The notes: generated by a model from the letters alone, not told the origin. 64,000 nucleotides of DNA from a bacterium (GCA_021806925.1 JAKAPS010000002.1:1751-65750); one strand, 5' to 3'. Positions 28,512 through 38,748 are shown, counted from the stretch's first letter. Program-made: numbers and translations.

Positions 28512-29507
28512 ATGGGAATATTTTCTGCAATACAAAAACAGTTTATAAAACGACCAGATGAATCAAAAAATAACATAGTGTACAAGTGGCCAGATGAAAA
28601 CATAAGAAAAATGACTCAGATTACAGTACAGGCAGATGAACTTGCCTTGTTCGTAAAAAATGGTCAGGTAGTTGGAACTCTTGAATCTGGTATACATGAC
28701 ATTGAAGGGTCTAACATTCCATTTATTGGAGGTCTTCTTGCAAATGCAACAAATGGAAATTACTTCGTAAGTGAAATATATTTTGTAAGTATACATGAAT
28801 TTGTAAATATCCTTTTTGGTGGAACCCTTGATAATATAGTTGATCCGCAAAGTAAGCTTGCAATACTCTTAAAGGTATATGGTAGTTATAGTTTGAAAGT
28901 TGTTGATCCTTCAAACTTGATATTAAATCTTGTTGGCACTGTAAATATATTTAATAATGATGAGATAACAAATTGGTCTAGTTCTATATTACTAAAACTG
29001 CTAAGAGAAAATGTAGCAGAGAAAATAAATGCTTCAGCTTGGGATATTCTTGGAATAGCTTCAAGAAATCAAGAAATAGAGGAATTAATATTATCTCCAA
29101 TTAATGTTGAATTGGTTAAATACGGGCTTAATATAGTGAGTTTGGGAAATGTAACAATAAATATAGATGAAAAAGATGAAGAAACACTAAAGGATTATAG
29201 GAGAAGTGTTGCATATCTAAATACACCAGGTAGTGCAGATACAGCACTGAAATTAGGTGCTGCCGAGGGATTCAGTAAAGGAAATGCTAATGTAGGACTA
29301 TTTGCAGCAGGTATGAATATAGGTTCTGGGATAACAGCGAATACACCTCCTACTGTTGCTTCATCCACACAGTCTCCTTCAGAAACACAATTAAATACTG
29401 ATAATCAGATTGGTACAGGTGTAGGAGAAGATATGATATTCTGTCCAAATTGTGGAAAGCAGATTAAAAAATCTAATTATTGTATGTATTGCGGAACAAA
29501 AATATGA
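28512..29507 (+). CDS. SPFH/Band-7-like protein of the COG4260 type with a C-terminal zinc ribbon
   Basis: N-terminus MGIFSAIQKQFIKRPDE...YKWPDENIRK..QITVQADELALFVKNGQVVG matches the conserved start of COG4260 SPFH proteins. The C-terminus FCPNCGKQIKKSNYCMYCGTKI is a CxxC...CxxC ribbon. Confidence 0.5.
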   Translation: MGIFSAIQKQFIKRPDESKNNIVYKWPDENIRKMTQITVQADELALFVKNGQVVGTLESGIHDIEGSNIPFIGGLLANATNGNYFVSEIYFVSIHEFVNILFGGTLDNIVDPQSKLAILLKVYGSYSLKVVDPSNLILNLVGTVNIFNNDEITNWSSSILLKLLRENVAEKINASAWDILGIASRNQEIEELILSPINVELVKYGLNIVSLGNVTINIDEKDEETLKDYRRSVAYLNTPGSADTALKLGAAEGFSKGNANVGLFAAGMNIGSGITANTPPTVASSTQSPSETQLNTDNQIGTGVGEDMIFCPNCGKQIKKSNYCMYCGTKI

Positions 29508-30436
29508 AAAAGCTATTTATTATATCTATTTCATTTTTTATAATTCTATTCCTTTTCAGGTATAGCACAGGAAGCGTTTTTGCAAGAGCAGGAGGTGGAG
29601 AATATTTTGGAGGTGGTATAGGTTCTTCAGGGGGTGGGTCTATTGGTGGAATTGGTTCAGGTGGAGGATTTGGGAATATGATGTTTATTCCATTAATGAT
29701 GGGCGGAAATTGGGGGTCTGGCAGTGGAACTGGTTTAGTTATAACTATAATTCTAATGTTTGTTATTGTTCCATTCTTTATAAGAAGATTTGGTATGACA
29801 AACAGTAGTAATATGACAGGTTCACCATCCATGTTTATGCAACAGATGTTTAATGAAGAAAACACGAGTGAAGTAGATGTAAGCATAATCCAGAAAGTTG
29901 ATGCTGAATTTTCTTTGGAGGAATTCTATAGTTTCGTTAAAAATATATTTATTGAAGTTCAAAATAGCTATTCTAAAAAAGATCTTTCAAGTGTAAGAGT
30001 ATACTTATCAGTAAATATATATAAAACATTGCAAGATGAAATTAATAGGTTGAATGAAAGGAATCTAACTAATAAGTTACAGGTATTAGGCGTGAAGAGT
30101 ACAAAAGCCGTTGATATATCAGAAGAAAGTTCAATATTTAGAATAAAAGTCCTTTTAACAGCAGCATTAATTGATTACAAAGTGAATGATAATGATGAGC
30201 TTGTTGAAGGTAGTAGAGATAATCCTGAGGTATTTAGTGAATATTGGACGTTTATTAGATCAAAAGACTTATTGACTGAAAAGAACTCTAGGGAAAGCAC
30301 AACTATTTCAAATTCCTGCCCTGTTTGTGGTGCACCAATATCAATAAATGAATCTGGTGAATGTATGTATTGTCATAGTGAATTACAAAATGGAAAATTT
30401 AACTGGGTTCTTGAAAGTATTGAACAAATAAATTAG
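29504..30436 (+). CDS. Tim44-like domain membrane protein with a G/S-rich linker and C-terminal zinc ribbon
   Basis: Signal/TM, a glycine-rich segment (GGGEYFGGGIGSSGGGSIGGIGSGGG), a second TM, then a Tim44-like region (DAEFSLEEFYSFVKNIF...VYLSVNIYKTLQDEIN...) and CPVCGAPISINESGECMYCHSEL. Start chosen at MKKLF; its ATG overlaps the previous stop as ATGA. Confidence 0.45.
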   Translation: MKKLFIISISFFIILFLFRYSTGSVFARAGGGEYFGGGIGSSGGGSIGGIGSGGGFGNMMFIPLMMGGNWGSGSGTGLVITIILMFVIVPFFIRRFGMTNSSNMTGSPSMFMQQMFNEENTSEVDVSIIQKVDAEFSLEEFYSFVKNIFIEVQNSYSKKDLSSVRVYLSVNIYKTLQDEINRLNERNLTNKLQVLGVKSTKAVDISEESSIFRIKVLLTAALIDYKVNDNDELVEGSRDNPEVFSEYWTFIRSKDLLTEKNSRESTTISNSCPVCGAPISINESGECMYCHSELQNGKFNWVLESIEQIN

Positions 30437-30465
30437 GTAACATAAATATATAAAGTATAAATTTT

Positions 30466-32943
30466 ATGAGTGAGATTGGAACAACTCCATCAATGCAGCA
30501 ATATGTCTCTATTAAAAAGGAATACCCTGATTGTTTACTTTTCTTCAGAATGGGTGACTTCTATGAAACATTTGGTGAAGACGCAGAAAAGGTATCAAAA
30601 TTATTGGATATTGTTTTAACTTCAAGAAGTAAGACGGAAGAGAAACTTCCAATGGCTGGAATACCATATCACAGTATAAACTCTTATTTACCCAAGCTTA
30701 TAAACAAAGGATATAGGGTTGTAATATGTGAACAAGGTGAGAAAAACAGCAAAACTAAGATAATGAACAGGTATGTTACAAGAGTTGTAACTCCATCAAT
30801 GTGGGTAGATTCTGACATTGGAGTTTCAGGTAAAAACTCAAGATACTTGTTAAGTATATACATTGAGGGAAATACAATAGGACTATCATATGTTGATATA
30901 AATGAGTTAGTTTTCTATATTAAATCAGATACAGTAGTTGAAAATATTGTAAGCTATATAAATAGAATTAATCCAAAAGAAATATTGCTCAGTGATGACA
31001 TGAAGTTTATAAAAACGGAGAATAAGACCAATAGCTTTCTAGCAGAAATCAAAGAAAAATTTAATGTAACATATGTATCTGATACTACATATTCATCTGA
31101 AAAATTATTGTCTCTTATGAATGTAACATCATTCAAAGGTTTCTTACTTGAAAAAGAAATAAAGAATAATTTAAAAAGCCTAAAAGCATTAGCATCTATA
31201 TATATGTACATTCTTGAAACTCAGAAAGTTAATTTTCAAGTAAAGAAGATTAAGGAGGTTAATGAATCTGGAAGAATGTTACTTGATTTTGACGTTTTAA
31301 CATCACTTGATATATTTAACTCTGGAGAAAAGAATCTGTTTAATTTTATAGACTATACATCTACTCCGCTAGGATACAGATTGCTAAAAAATGAATTATC
31401 AAGTCCACTTACAGATGTAAACGAAATTTTGCACAGACATGAGTATATAAAGAAATTGGAGTCAATTGATATATCATCATTGATGGAGATATTATCAAAA
31501 ATATCCGATCTTGAAAAGCTAGCTACAAAAGTTGAATTTATAGCCATACAGGCACAGGACTTCACAAGTATTGAATCATCACTTGTTGCTGTAATTGATG
31601 TTATTAGTATGTTGAATGAAAATAATATAAGTATAAATATTGATTTACAAAAGTGTAGCAGTATTTTGAAAACAATCCGTGAGAATGTTAATACAGGAGA
31701 TAAATACAGCAGTGAGAATATAATTGCGAAGGGAGTAAATACTGAATTAGATGATTTAAAGGAATTACTTGGTAGGGGTAATAAATGGATAAAAACGTTC
31801 CTAGAAAATGAAATACAGAGGACAAAGATTAATAATTTGAAGATTGGGTATAACAAAATATTTGGTTATTTCATTGAGGTTAGCAACAGTAATAAAGACA
31901 AAGTGCCTGATAATTACATTCGTAAACAGACAACAGTTAATGGTGAAAGGTATATAACTACTGATTTAAAAGAAAAAGAAGAGAGTATAAATAATGCACT
32001 TGAGAAAATTACATTGATTGAAAAACAGCTATATGATAAGTTTGTAAAAGAGTTTAATGAATATGTTGATTTTATTAGGAATGTATCAAAGGAGATTGCA
32101 TATATAGATATGCTTGTTTCTTTTGCATATACTAAGGGGTTATACAATCTTGCTATTCCTAATATTCTTGAAAGGGAATTAGATATCAATCCTGAAAATA
32201 TAAGTGATTCAAATAAGAAGAATAAATCCATAAACAGCATTATAAGAATTGATGAAGGAAGGCACTTACTAATTGAAGATTCACTCGGCAGAAAATATAT
32301 TAAGAATGATTTCTCTTTTACATCTCCAAATATATATATAATTACAGGGCCTAACATGGCAGGCAAAAGTACAATATTAAGAACTGTTGCAACAATAATT
32401 CTTTTGGCTCAAATAGGTTCGGCCGTTCCTGCAAAAAATGCAGAGTTAACAATATTCGATAGGATATTTTCAAGAGTTGGAGCAAAAGACAGAATTTCTT
32501 CAGGTGAATCTACTTTTATGGTTGAAATGAATGAAGTTTCAAACATACTAAGGAATGCAACCGAAAGAAGTTTTATAATTTTAGATGAAGTTGGTAGAGG
32601 AACTAGCACATATGATGGTATTGCAATTGCAAAGGCAATTATTGAATATATATTCGATAATATAAAGGCGATTACACTATTTGCTACTCATTACCATGAA
32701 CTAACAAAGCTTGAATATTTTAGAAGTGAGTTTGTAAATATGTCTGTTGAAGTAGATGAAAAAAACGGAGAGGTTGAATTCATGTATAAACTTAGGAATG
32801 GTTCAGCTGATAAAAGTTATGGAATATATGTGGCAAAGATTGCCGGAATTCCTAATGAGGTTATTATTAATGCGACTAAGTACTTAAAATCCTTTGAGAA
32901 AAAGTCAAGGAACAATGTGAATATTTTTGAAGAAGATGATTAA
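30466..32943 (+). CDS. mutS: DNA mismatch repair protein MutS
   Basis: TPSMQQYVSIKKEYPDCLLFFRMGDFYETFGEDA mismatch-binding N-terminus; Walker A TGPNMAGKSTILR; FATHYHELT. 825 aa. Confidence 0.95.
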   Translation: MSEIGTTPSMQQYVSIKKEYPDCLLFFRMGDFYETFGEDAEKVSKLLDIVLTSRSKTEEKLPMAGIPYHSINSYLPKLINKGYRVVICEQGEKNSKTKIMNRYVTRVVTPSMWVDSDIGVSGKNSRYLLSIYIEGNTIGLSYVDINELVFYIKSDTVVENIVSYINRINPKEILLSDDMKFIKTENKTNSFLAEIKEKFNVTYVSDTTYSSEKLLSLMNVTSFKGFLLEKEIKNNLKSLKALASIYMYILETQKVNFQVKKIKEVNESGRMLLDFDVLTSLDIFNSGEKNLFNFIDYTSTPLGYRLLKNELSSPLTDVNEILHRHEYIKKLESIDISSLMEILSKISDLEKLATKVEFIAIQAQDFTSIESSLVAVIDVISMLNENNISINIDLQKCSSILKTIRENVNTGDKYSSENIIAKGVNTELDDLKELLGRGNKWIKTFLENEIQRTKINNLKIGYNKIFGYFIEVSNSNKDKVPDNYIRKQTTVNGERYITTDLKEKEESINNALEKITLIEKQLYDKFVKEFNEYVDFIRNVSKEIAYIDMLVSFAYTKGLYNLAIPNILERELDINPENISDSNKKNKSINSIIRIDEGRHLLIEDSLGRKYIKNDFSFTSPNIYIITGPNMAGKSTILRTVATIILLAQIGSAVPAKNAELTIFDRIFSRVGAKDRISSGESTFMVEMNEVSNILRNATERSFIILDEVGRGTSTYDGIAIAKAIIEYIFDNIKAITLFATHYHELTKLEYFRSEFVNMSVEVDEKNGEVEFMYKLRNGSADKSYGIYVAKIAGIPNEVIINATKYLKSFEKKSRNNVNIFEEDD

Positions 32944-34753
32944 TATCCTTAATGATGATGTAAAATCTAAAATCAGTGCTGGTGAGGTTGTTGAAGACAC
33001 ATCATCAGTTGTAAAGGAATTACTTGAAAATAGTATCGATAGTAATCCTACTAGAATTGATATTGAGTTAATAAATTCTGGCCTTGATGAGATAAAAATT
33101 GAAGATAATGGATGTGGTATTTTATTCGAAGATAAGGATAAACTATTTGTAAAACATGCGACAAGTAAAATATCCCACTTTGAGGATATATACAATTTGT
33201 GTACATATGGATTCAGAGGAGAAGCCTTATATTCAATATCAGGAGTCAGTGATGTTACAATAAATTCTAAAGCACATAATTCCAAAGGATTTTTATTAAA
33301 TTCAAGTGGAAGTAAAATAACTGACAATATTTCAATTGGAACCAGTGTAACTGTAAATAATCTATTTTCCAATGTACCAGTTAGACGAAAATTTATGAAA
33401 TCAACTGATGGTATGAATTCTATCTTATCAAGAATAATAAAAGCTGAAGCAATTATTAATCCTCAAATATCCTTCAATTATATATTAAATGGTAGACAAA
33501 TATTAAAATTACCAATTCAAAGTCAGAGTGAACGGATTATATCAATCACTCAACTGAAAAATTTTAGAGAGATATATAAAGATAAGAATATGACTATTTC
33601 AGGAAGCTTTACTATTCCTAGTATTGATAGAAATGGATTAAGATCAAAGGCATCATATATATTTGTAAACAGGAGGCTGGTGGAAAATAGGATTATCAAA
33701 AAGGCAATTGATGAAGCGTATAAGTTTATGTCACCTGTAAATTACAAAAATACAAATATTTCATATGTATTGTTCTTAAATGTTAATCCTGCGTATGTTG
33801 ATGTTAATTCACATCCGAGGAAGCTTGAAGTAAGATTTTCAGATTCAAAATCTATATTTAATAATATATATGCTTCCGTTAGAAACTATATTTCACAGAA
33901 TTCTAAAGATAGTTTTAAAGAAATAGTTAGAACTAATGATTCAAAATATGGTTCTAATAATATTGACAATATTGTTAATGAATTAAAGAGTGAAGTTAAC
34001 AAATCGAAAGAATTTGAGCCAAACATATTGGATAATATTGAGGAAATATATAAATCTAAAAATGCTGATATAAATAGATCAAAGATTAGTGATACTACAT
34101 ATTTTTCAATTGGTGATACAGAAAATCTTGATGTTTTTCATTTTAATGATGGGATTAGTGATTACAGGATAATAAATGAGGAAGAGAATGATAACGTAAA
34201 TAAAAGCAGCCAAGAAGAGATATTTGATACACCTGAATTTATTGAATATAACCCTGTTCAATTTAATAAAAAATTTATTGTGTATTTCTTTACCTCCGAA
34301 TTTGTATTTATAGATCAGCATGCTGCCAGTGAAAGAATAAATTATGAAAGAATAACAAAACTGAATAAGGAGATTAAAAGGATTCAATTATTAATTCCAT
34401 ATAGGCTTCCTGATGAAATTGATGATGATACTATAAACACATTTGAGTATATTGGGTTTGTTATAAAGAATCGCAATATAATTGAGGTTCCATTTTTCAT
34501 AAAAATAGATAAAGTTAGTGAAATTATATTGAGTGTACTTGAAGAAAATACCGTAAAGGTAAAAGAAAAATTTTTTGCAACTTTAGCATGTAAATCTGCT
34601 ATTAAATTTGGAGATACTCTAAGTAAAGATGAAATGAATCAAATCCTTCATGATTTAAGCAAATGTGATTTTCCTAATATTTGTGCACATGGAAGACCTC
34701 TTGTTTACAGATTATCAGAGAAAACTATTTTAAAGAATTTTTCAAGATGTTGA
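32927..34753 (+). CDS. mutL: DNA mismatch repair protein MutL, endonuclease-type C-terminus
   Basis: GHKL ATPase motif ISAGEVVEDTSSVVKELLENSIDS. C-terminal endonuclease motif DQHAASERINYE (DQHA-x2-E-x4-E) and CAHGRP. The start overlaps the mutS stop. Confidence 0.9.
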   Translation: MKKMINILNDDVKSKISAGEVVEDTSSVVKELLENSIDSNPTRIDIELINSGLDEIKIEDNGCGILFEDKDKLFVKHATSKISHFEDIYNLCTYGFRGEALYSISGVSDVTINSKAHNSKGFLLNSSGSKITDNISIGTSVTVNNLFSNVPVRRKFMKSTDGMNSILSRIIKAEAIINPQISFNYILNGRQILKLPIQSQSERIISITQLKNFREIYKDKNMTISGSFTIPSIDRNGLRSKASYIFVNRRLVENRIIKKAIDEAYKFMSPVNYKNTNISYVLFLNVNPAYVDVNSHPRKLEVRFSDSKSIFNNIYASVRNYISQNSKDSFKEIVRTNDSKYGSNNIDNIVNELKSEVNKSKEFEPNILDNIEEIYKSKNADINRSKISDTTYFSIGDTENLDVFHFNDGISDYRIINEEENDNVNKSSQEEIFDTPEFIEYNPVQFNKKFIVYFFTSEFVFIDQHAASERINYERITKLNKEIKRIQLLIPYRLPDEIDDDTINTFEYIGFVIKNRNIIEVPFFIKIDKVSEIILSVLEENTVKVKEKFFATLACKSAIKFGDTLSKDEMNQILHDLSKCDFPNICAHGRPLVYRLSEKTILKNFSRC

Positions 34754-34796
34754 CAAAGTGTAAAAGTATAATTTAATATAATCTAAGTATTATATT

Positions 34797-35783
34797 ATGA
34801 ATAGAATTTTAAAGTCCCTATTGTTTGCTTTTATGTTTGTTTTTAGTATTCTGTTTTTTGGAGTATCGAATGTAGCATTTGCTACAACTGCAACGTTAAG
34901 TAATTTAAGTGATACTCTTTCAACTCAAGCAGCTGGAGGATCAAGTACACATACAATTAAATTTACAGTACATAGTGCAAGTGCAATTACTGCCATATCA
35001 ATAACTGCAAGTTCAGCATGGGGTTCTACTCCAGCAACAACTGGATACACTGTTAAAGATGGTAGCACAGTTGAAACAGTTTCATCTGTTACATCATCAA
35101 CAACATTAATTACAATTAACTCAAGCTTTACACCTGCTATTGGAGATGTAATTACAATAGTAACTCCTGCATTTACAAACCAAAATCCAGGTGTTTCAAC
35201 TGATTATTCTGAGACAATAGATGATGGAAATGAGACTGGAGTATTAGGTGTTTTAATAATATACAATAATGCTAACCAGGTAAGTCTAACTGCATCTGTA
35301 GGTCCTTCAATATCATTCAGTGTATCACCTTCTAGTTTGACTCTTCCTTCTGGTGCTGGTACTTTCCTTGCAAATTCAACAACAACTAATGTCTCAAATA
35401 ATTTGACTCTTTCTATTTCAACAAATGCTTCAAATGGGGCTGTAGTTGATGTCTCTGATCAGTCATCAGGGTTATATAATTCAGTTGCAAATCATACTAT
35501 TGCATCTGTTACTTGTGGTTCCTCACCTACTGCTCTTAATACCTCAACTGAAAATTATGGTGTTGGAGATGATGCTGGTACAACGGGCATATATTCTGGT
35601 TATGCAACTGCTGCAGTATCTTCCGTAGGTTGTTTATCTACAACCCCACAACTATTCTGGACTGTATCAGCTCCTACAAATACAATAACTTCTGCAGTAT
35701 ATTTTAACGCATTATCTGTAGGTACAACTCCAGCGGGTAGTTATACTGATACTGTAACTTTTACAGCAACTGGTCAGTTCTGA
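34797..35783 (+). CDS. Secreted S/T-rich cell-surface protein, possibly WxL-domain-like
   Basis: Signal peptide (LLFAFMFVFSILFFGVSNVAFA). 328 aa, very rich in S, T and beta-strand-forming residues. It has an FWTV motif and a C-terminal GSYTDTVTFTATGQF, reminiscent of the terminal G-x-Y-x-G-t-i-t-W-t-L strand of WxL domains. There is no TM anchor. Confidence 0.45.
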   Translation: MNRILKSLLFAFMFVFSILFFGVSNVAFATTATLSNLSDTLSTQAAGGSSTHTIKFTVHSASAITAISITASSAWGSTPATTGYTVKDGSTVETVSSVTSSTTLITINSSFTPAIGDVITIVTPAFTNQNPGVSTDYSETIDDGNETGVLGVLIIYNNANQVSLTASVGPSISFSVSPSSLTLPSGAGTFLANSTTTNVSNNLTLSISTNASNGAVVDVSDQSSGLYNSVANHTIASVTCGSSPTALNTSTENYGVGDDAGTTGIYSGYATAAVSSVGCLSTTPQLFWTVSAPTNTITSAVYFNALSVGTTPAGSYTDTVTFTATGQF

Positions 35784-35833
35784 TACAGAAGAATTGTAAA
35801 AAAAATGGAGATTAATTATTTTATTTTCTTGTA

Positions 35834-36895
35834 ATGGATAATAGTAATTATTTACATTTTATCTTGAATAAAGTATTTATTCATAGTGTTAGAAGAATTA
35901 ATTTAAGATATTTATATTTTCTATCTTTAACATTTTTTTTCGTCACTATATTTTTCACTCAATTTTCTTTTAATAACATAATTCAAGGATTTAGTCTTGT
36001 ATATGCTCAAAATACTAAGAATCAGGGACTAACAGTTTCCCCTATTATATACAAGGATACTGTAGGAAATGGTGATAATGGTACTCTTGAATTTCATATA
36101 AGGAATAACAATAGTTATCAAATCTCTCTTAGTGTACTTTTTAATGACTTTAGGCCTCTAAATGATTCTGGTGTACCTCAATATTTTTCACAAGCTAATC
36201 CAAGTGATGAATATCCATCAAGTTGGTTTTCTGTTTTAAGTTCAAAATCATCTCTAAATATGCAACCTTACTCAAGTACTATTGTTGATGTAAGTGTTAA
36301 AGTACCGTCAAGTGCATATGTAGGAGATCATTATGCAGGTATAAATTTTTCGTATTTGAGTGAGGCTACATCAGGTATGAGTCAGATAAATATTAAGAGT
36401 GAAATTGCAGTTCCTGTGATTATTACTGTACCAGGTAAGTATGTATACAACACTGAGGTATTAGGTATAGATATTCCAAAAATAATGAACATTTTTTATG
36501 TTCCTGGTATACAAAGTACTTGTTTGAATTGCACAGGAAGTGTTGGTTTAAATATTCAGAATAATGGAAATGTATTTATTGAACCTAATGGTTTTTTTAC
36601 AGTTGGAAATAAAAATTACGAATTTAATCCTCAGCTTGAGGATATCCTAGTCTCACAAAGAAGAATTATAACTTCACAATTTAGTGTTTATGGTTTTAAT
36701 GGATTCTATACAGTTTTAACTGGTAGTTTCACTGCTGGAAATGTCGCTAAGAACGTAAAGGAGAACATTATAATTATAAACTGGTTATATGTACTTGTAT
36801 TCTTGTTTATATCGTTACTTATATATGAAATATTTAAAATATTTGCTTTTTTTGGGCGCGGTTCTATTAAGCGTATTAATAATAGGGTCAGATAA
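35834..36895 (+). CDS. Surface protein with signal/TM, an extracellular domain and a C-terminal TM anchor plus basic tail (DUF916/DUF3324-like topology)
   Basis: N-terminal hydrophobic segment; ...GLTVSPIIYKDTVGNGDNGTLEFHIRNNNSYQISLSV (resembling the DUF916 pattern found beside WxL genes); C-terminal TM WLYVLVFLFISLLIYEIFKIFAFF followed by GRGSIKRINNRVR. 353 aa. Confidence 0.45.
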   Translation: MDNSNYLHFILNKVFIHSVRRINLRYLYFLSLTFFFVTIFFTQFSFNNIIQGFSLVYAQNTKNQGLTVSPIIYKDTVGNGDNGTLEFHIRNNNSYQISLSVLFNDFRPLNDSGVPQYFSQANPSDEYPSSWFSVLSSKSSLNMQPYSSTIVDVSVKVPSSAYVGDHYAGINFSYLSEATSGMSQINIKSEIAVPVIITVPGKYVYNTEVLGIDIPKIMNIFYVPGIQSTCLNCTGSVGLNIQNNGNVFIEPNGFFTVGNKNYEFNPQLEDILVSQRRIITSQFSVYGFNGFYTVLTGSFTAGNVAKNVKENIIIINWLYVLVFLFISLLIYEIFKIFAFFGRGSIKRINNRVR

Positions 36896-37694
36896 TAGAG
36901 CATATGCTGATACAGTTAATATATCATCTAATGTAAATCTATCAAATACTTATATTAACAATATTAGTAAATATTCTACATTGTCCGTTTCAAGCACTAA
37001 TGCTGTTATTAATTCTCCAATATTTATAACAGTTCATTTGTTTGATGGTAGTATTTCATATCCAAATGCTCCAATAAATGTATTAATTAGTCCTCCTAAT
37101 AGTAATTTAATAACATTAACTGGAGAAACAGATAGTAGTGGTTATTTAATTCTAAATTTTAAACCATTTCTAGTAGGTTCATATACAATTAGTGCTGAAG
37201 ATATGGGTTACTATATCCAGTACAATAAGATTATTTTGTTGAATTCAAAACCTACACTGAATGTATATAAGTCAAATTATGCTGAAGTTTTTCAAAACAC
37301 ATTTTCTGTTACTATTTCACCAACTATAATACCGACTCAAACACCAACTATATCTGAACAATATGTGAAGAATGTAAATAATACAAAAGGAAAAACAAAC
37401 TCAGTTAAAAATAATCCACTAAGCAATTTGTTTAATGTGTCTATTTTTGGATTTAGTCAATGTACAAATCCGAGTTCATATATTCTTATTTCAATTCTAG
37501 TATTATACATATTAAATACTCTTTTTATTATTCTCTATAGAAATACAAATAGAGAGAAAACAATATTTTATATTACTCTTCTTGTAATATTTTCAGTTTT
37601 CTTTTATGAGATATGTATACCATATATGTTTGTGCTTATATTAAATATAATTCTAAACGTATTTATAACTGCTCTATTTATATTTAAGAAGTAA
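36825..37694 (+). CDS. Secreted protein with an Ig-like/CnaB-like fold signature and a C-terminal multi-TM region
   Basis: Signal peptide MKYLKYLLFLGAVLLSVLIIGSDNRAYA; ITLTGETDSSGYLILNFKPFLVGSYTISAE resembles carboxypeptidase-regulatory/CnaB-type beta-sandwich repeats; three C-terminal hydrophobic helices. Start uncertain: the ORF overlaps the upstream gene by about 70 nt. Confidence 0.4.
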   Translation: MKYLKYLLFLGAVLLSVLIIGSDNRAYADTVNISSNVNLSNTYINNISKYSTLSVSSTNAVINSPIFITVHLFDGSISYPNAPINVLISPPNSNLITLTGETDSSGYLILNFKPFLVGSYTISAEDMGYYIQYNKIILLNSKPTLNVYKSNYAEVFQNTFSVTISPTIIPTQTPTISEQYVKNVNNTKGKTNSVKNNPLSNLFNVSIFGFSQCTNPSSYILISILVLYILNTLFIILYRNTNREKTIFYITLLVIFSVFFYEICIPYMFVLILNIILNVFITALFIFKK

Positions 37695-37785
37695 AATGAA
37701 TAGTGAAAGTAATAGTAATAGTAGAAACAATAGGAAGAATATACAAAAATAGAATGAATTATAAAGAAAATAGTGAAATAATAAT

Positions 37786-38748
37786 ATGTTGCTATATAGA
37801 AAATTAATTTACATTGTTTTGACAGTTTTACTATTATCCGTATTCGTAAATAAATTCTATATTACGAAGGATTTTGCTTCAAGCGTATCACCAAGTGCGA
37901 ATATAGAATTGAAGCCATCTATTATATATATAAAAGGAACTGCAGGTGAGAAATTTAATGAAGATATTGAAATTATTAATAATTCAGCTACTTCTATAAA
38001 TACATCCCTTTCTCTGTCTGATTTTTCACCTGAAGGAAGCAACGGAAATGTTAAGATATATAATGGAACCAATGGTAGCGTATTTTCTATGCTAAATATT
38101 GTTAAATTAGCAGATAAAACTTTAATGATTCCTGCGAATTCATTCGTATATGAGACGCTAAATTTTACTATTCCAAATAATATACCAGAGGGAAGTTATT
38201 ATGGATTGTTTTTTGTATCCCCAAATGACAGTTTAAATTCTAATGGTTCAAAAGCAAGCTCTTCTCAAACAATCTTATATCGAATTGGCAGTGATATTAT
38301 TCTTACTGTGTCAAATTCCAGCTTTAGCAATAAAGCTAATATATCTCCAAATATACATATAGGCAATTTTAATTTTGATAACAATATTATTTTATCTGGA
38401 AGTGTAAGTAATAATTCTGTATATGCAACTTCATTTAGTACAAGCATAAATATAACGAATATATTGTTTAACAAAAATAAGAAAATAACCTACTCAAATA
38501 TTGATGTCCTTTCTAAAAGTAGTAGATACATTGATGGGGTCGATAAAAAGATATTACTTAGTGAACATGATGGAGTTTATAGAGTTAACGTTAAAATTAC
38601 TAATTTGATTCAGAATAAGACATATACATACCAAGCCTATGTAATAGTATTATCAGTATATACAACTATTTATGCTCTGCTATCTATTGTACTTTTATTA
38701 ATTGTAATATATTTCTTATCACATAGAAGAAGAAGGTATTACATTTAA
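37786..38748 (+). CDS. Second DUF916-like surface protein: signal peptide, extracellular domain, C-terminal TM anchor, RRRR tail
   Basis: VSPSANIELKPSIIYIKGTAGEKFNEDIEIINNSATSINTSLSLSDF parallels the N-terminal pattern of the 35834 protein; ...EGSYYGLFFVSPND; C-terminal TM IYALLSIVLLLIVIYFL then SHRRRRYYI. 320 aa. Confidence 0.45.
   Translation: MLLYRKLIYIVLTVLLLSVFVNKFYITKDFASSVSPSANIELKPSIIYIKGTAGEKFNEDIEIINNSATSINTSLSLSDFSPEGSNGNVKIYNGTNGSVFSMLNIVKLADKTLMIPANSFVYETLNFTIPNNIPEGSYYGLFFVSPNDSLNSNGSKASSSQTILYRIGSDIILTVSNSSFSNKANISPNIHIGNFNFDNNIILSGSVSNNSVYATSFSTSINITNILFNKNKKITYSNIDVLSKSSRYIDGVDKKILLSEHDGVYRVNVKITNLIQNKTYTYQAYVIVLSVYTTIYALLSIVLLLIVIYFLSHRRRRYYI

Noticed and set aside
31353-32609. 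Minus-strand ORFs (167, 150, 66 aa) inside mutS
   Set aside because: Antisense to MutS. Hydrophobic/Ser-rich pseudo-proteins characteristic of reverse frames in AT-rich DNA.
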